From: Spirochaetaceae bacterium UBA1318
Lineage (GTDB): Bacteria > Spirochaetota > Spirochaetia > Treponematales > UBA1318
Direction of reading: 5' to 3'
Assembly (NCBI GenBank): GCA_002307015.1
Contig: DBTK01000131.1
Location: 723 to 64,722, forward strand
DNA: 64,000 nt
Of the stretch, positions 62,619 through 64,000 are shown in pieces (positions within the stretch are counted from its first letter, which is position 1; every line of letters begins with the position of its first letter). The notes beneath the pieces are model-generated. The model did not search any database. It saw only the letters and a list, made by a program, of their open reading frames with translations, and was not told the DNA's origin. A program made the position numbers and the translations under genes.

Positions 62619-63677
62619 TCAGGGTAGCATATCGGCATTTTTCGGGCAATGCCGGCCGTCCTCCAGCGACGGCCGCCCTCGGGCGGCTTCCAGGATGAGT
62701 TCGAGGGTTTCGGCATAGGAAAGCCCCGAGCCGGCCGCCATCCTCATGAAGCCTGAGTCGGGGGATATGTCCGGGTTGGGGTTCACCTCGAGCACGAAAA
62801 GCTCGTTCTCGCCTTCCCTCATGTCGACGCGGAAATACCCGGTGCAGCCGAGGGCCTTCCCGGCCCTTGCGCCGAGGTCCCTCGCGGCGGCGAAGGGAGC
62901 CGCGTCATCCCCGTTCTCGGGGTCGAGGATCCGGGGCATCAGGACCTTGTATTCATCAGTGTCCTCGGCCCACTTCGCCCCGAAGCCGAGGTAGGGGGGG
63001 AAGCCCGGCCCGGCCTTCCCGTAGTCGAGCATCGAGACGCCGACGCACCGGCAGCTTTCGCCGTTCCCGACGAAGCCCGCCGCGCACTCCCGGCCCGGGA
63101 GGAATCGTTCGACGAGAAGCCCCGAGGGAAAGGCGGAGAGCTTTTTCGCGAGGCTTTGGGCGAGTTCCTCGGCGTCGCGGACGAGGGAGTTTCCGTCGAT
63201 CCCGACCGATCCGTCCTCGGCCGAGGGTTTGAGGAAGAGCGGGAACCCGAGGTCCCCGAAGTCGGCGGGAACGGAGCCGGGAAGGGCCAGCCGGCCCGGC
63301 GCGACCGGGACGGACTTCCCGGCGAGGAGGATCCTCGCCCTCGACTTGTCGAGGCATCGCTCGAGGGTCTCGGCCCGGTTCCCGGTGAACGGAATGCCGA
63401 GGGTTTCGAGCACTCGGGCGAAGGCGACCTCGGTCTCGGGGCGGCCCTCGAATCCCTCGAAGAGGTTGAGGATGACCGAGGGATTCCTATCGCGGACGGC
63501 CTTGGCGAGGCGCGAGGGGTCGAGGAGGAGGTCGGGAAACACCTCGACGAGGTCCGCCCTTCTTCCCGCAGTTTCGAGGGCCTTGAGAACCGCCTCGGCG
63601 CTCTTGAGCACGTCCGACACATCGGGCCGCGCCTCGCCCTTCTCCCGGTTCACGAGAATCAAGATCCTTTCGTCCAT
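62619..63677 (-). CDS. ATP-grasp enzyme of the D-alanine--D-alanine ligase family
   Basis: Start MDERILILVN after GGAGGAAG. LETLGIPFTGNRAETLERCLDKSRAR and FVLEVNPNPDIS (Ddl-like C-terminal Mg/ATP motif). Confidence 0.75.
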   Translation of the reverse strand: MDERILILVNREKGEARPDVSDVLKSAEAVLKALETAGRRADLVEVFPDLLLDPSRLAKAVRDRNPSVILNLFEGFEGRPETEVAFARVLETLGIPFTGNRAETLERCLDKSRARILLAGKSVPVAPGRLALPGSVPADFGDLGFPLFLKPSAEDGSVGIDGNSLVRDAEELAQSLAKKLSAFPSGLLVERFLPGRECAAGFVGNGESCRCVGVSMLDYGKAGPGFPPYLGFGAKWAEDTDEYKVLMPRILDPENGDDAAPFAAARDLGARAGKALGCTGYFRVDMREGENELFVLEVNPNPDISPDSGFMRMAAGSGLSYAETLELILEAARGRPSLEDGRHCPKNADMLP

Positions 63678-63716
63678 GCTTCCTCCGGAAAACCCTCGGC
63701 CCGTTCGGGACGGTGC

Positions 63717-63745
63717 TTGCCGACGATTTTCAATCGCCGTATACT
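63717..63745 (+). promoter_or_regulatory. Sigma-70-like promoter candidate placed for a near-leaderless transcript
   Basis: TTGCCG (63717-63722), 17-nt spacer, TATACT (63740-63745). ATG 63753 begins 8 nt after the -10 hexamer. Confidence 0.35.
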
Positions 63746-63752
63746 CTCGGGC

Positions 63753-64000
63753 ATGATTATCGGCATTACCTACGACCTCATCGACGACTACCTCGCGGCG
63801 GGCATGGATCCCGAGGCGGCCGCCGAGTTCGATACGAAGGAAACCATCGACGGCCTCGACGATGCCCTGAAAAGCCTCGGCCATGAGACCGACCGGATCG
63901 GGAACGCCAAGAGCCTCATCGGCCGGCTCGCCAGGGGCGACCGATGGGACTTCGTCTTCAACGTCTGCGAGGGGGAGAGGGGCTACGCCCGGGAGGCCCA
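63753..64000 (+). CDS. Second Ddl-family ATP-grasp enzyme, N-terminal part (runs off the window)
   Basis: My own translation gives MIIGITYDLIDDYLAAGMDPEAAAEFDTKETIDGLDDALKSLGHETDRIGN...WDFVFNVCEGERGYAREA, open to nt 64000. The layout matches the N-domain of the divergent paralog. Confidence 0.6.
   Translation, partial: MIIGITYDLIDDYLAAGMDPEAAAEFDTKETIDGLDDALKSLGHETDRIGNAKSLIGRLARGDRWDFVFNVCEGERGYAREA

Noticed and set aside
1-64000. rRNA genes, tRNA genes, CRISPR arrays, toxin-antitoxin pairs, restriction-modification or other recognisable defence systems.
   Set aside because: The intergenic regions are short (at most about 300 bp). None shows tRNA-like cloverleaf GC structure or regularly spaced direct repeats. 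No ORF carries nuclease, methylase or Cas-type motifs that I can recognise.

Overview
This is a 64-kb, high-G+C bacterial chromosomal segment (about 60% by hand counts of sample lines). All homology calls come from motifs I recognise in the supplied translations; no searches were run. Gene content is reminiscent of Spirochaetota, but that is unproven. Nt 1-37120 is one very large cell-surface polysaccharide locus. It encodes Wzz-, Wza- and Wzi-like proteins, Ugd and a UDP-GlcA 4-epimerase, five GT4 glycosyltransferases, two paralogous CgeB-like glycosyltransferases and an O-acetyltransferase. It also has a fused ABC half-transporter, WbaP-type and WecA/MraY-type priming enzymes, a LicD/LicC/PLP-enzyme/CDP-alcohol-transferase head-group module, and an FtsX-FtsX-LolA-like-OMP module with no ATPase. 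Two lower-G+C insertions interrupt the locus. One is an antisense AAA/DUF4143 ATPase gene broken by an in-frame TAG (16.85-18.04 kb). The other is a five-gene island (19.3-24.45 kb) combining FdtA/FdtB-type amino-sugar synthesis with a GtrA/GtrB/GT-C-type lipid-carrier glycosylation set. Nt 37.1-64 kb holds envelope and housekeeping genes: ptsN, a pRiA4b-ORF3-domain protein, lgt, a 981-aa multi-module FapA/DUF342 protein with a MinD-like ATPase, ctp, rsmE, a GT26 enzyme and a DNA-binding-domain-less sigma-54-type activator. It continues with trmJ, a STAS-Zn-ribbon/YbjN-like/PspA/winged-helix operon, an LptF/G-like membrane pair, a djlA-like gene, murA, thrC and a divergent pair of Ddl-like ATP-grasp genes with a GNAT. 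A 233-bp AT-rich intergenic region (54468-54700) carries six DnaA-box-like 9-mers, with no dnaA in the window. I recognised no rRNA, tRNA, CRISPR array, transposase or integrase.
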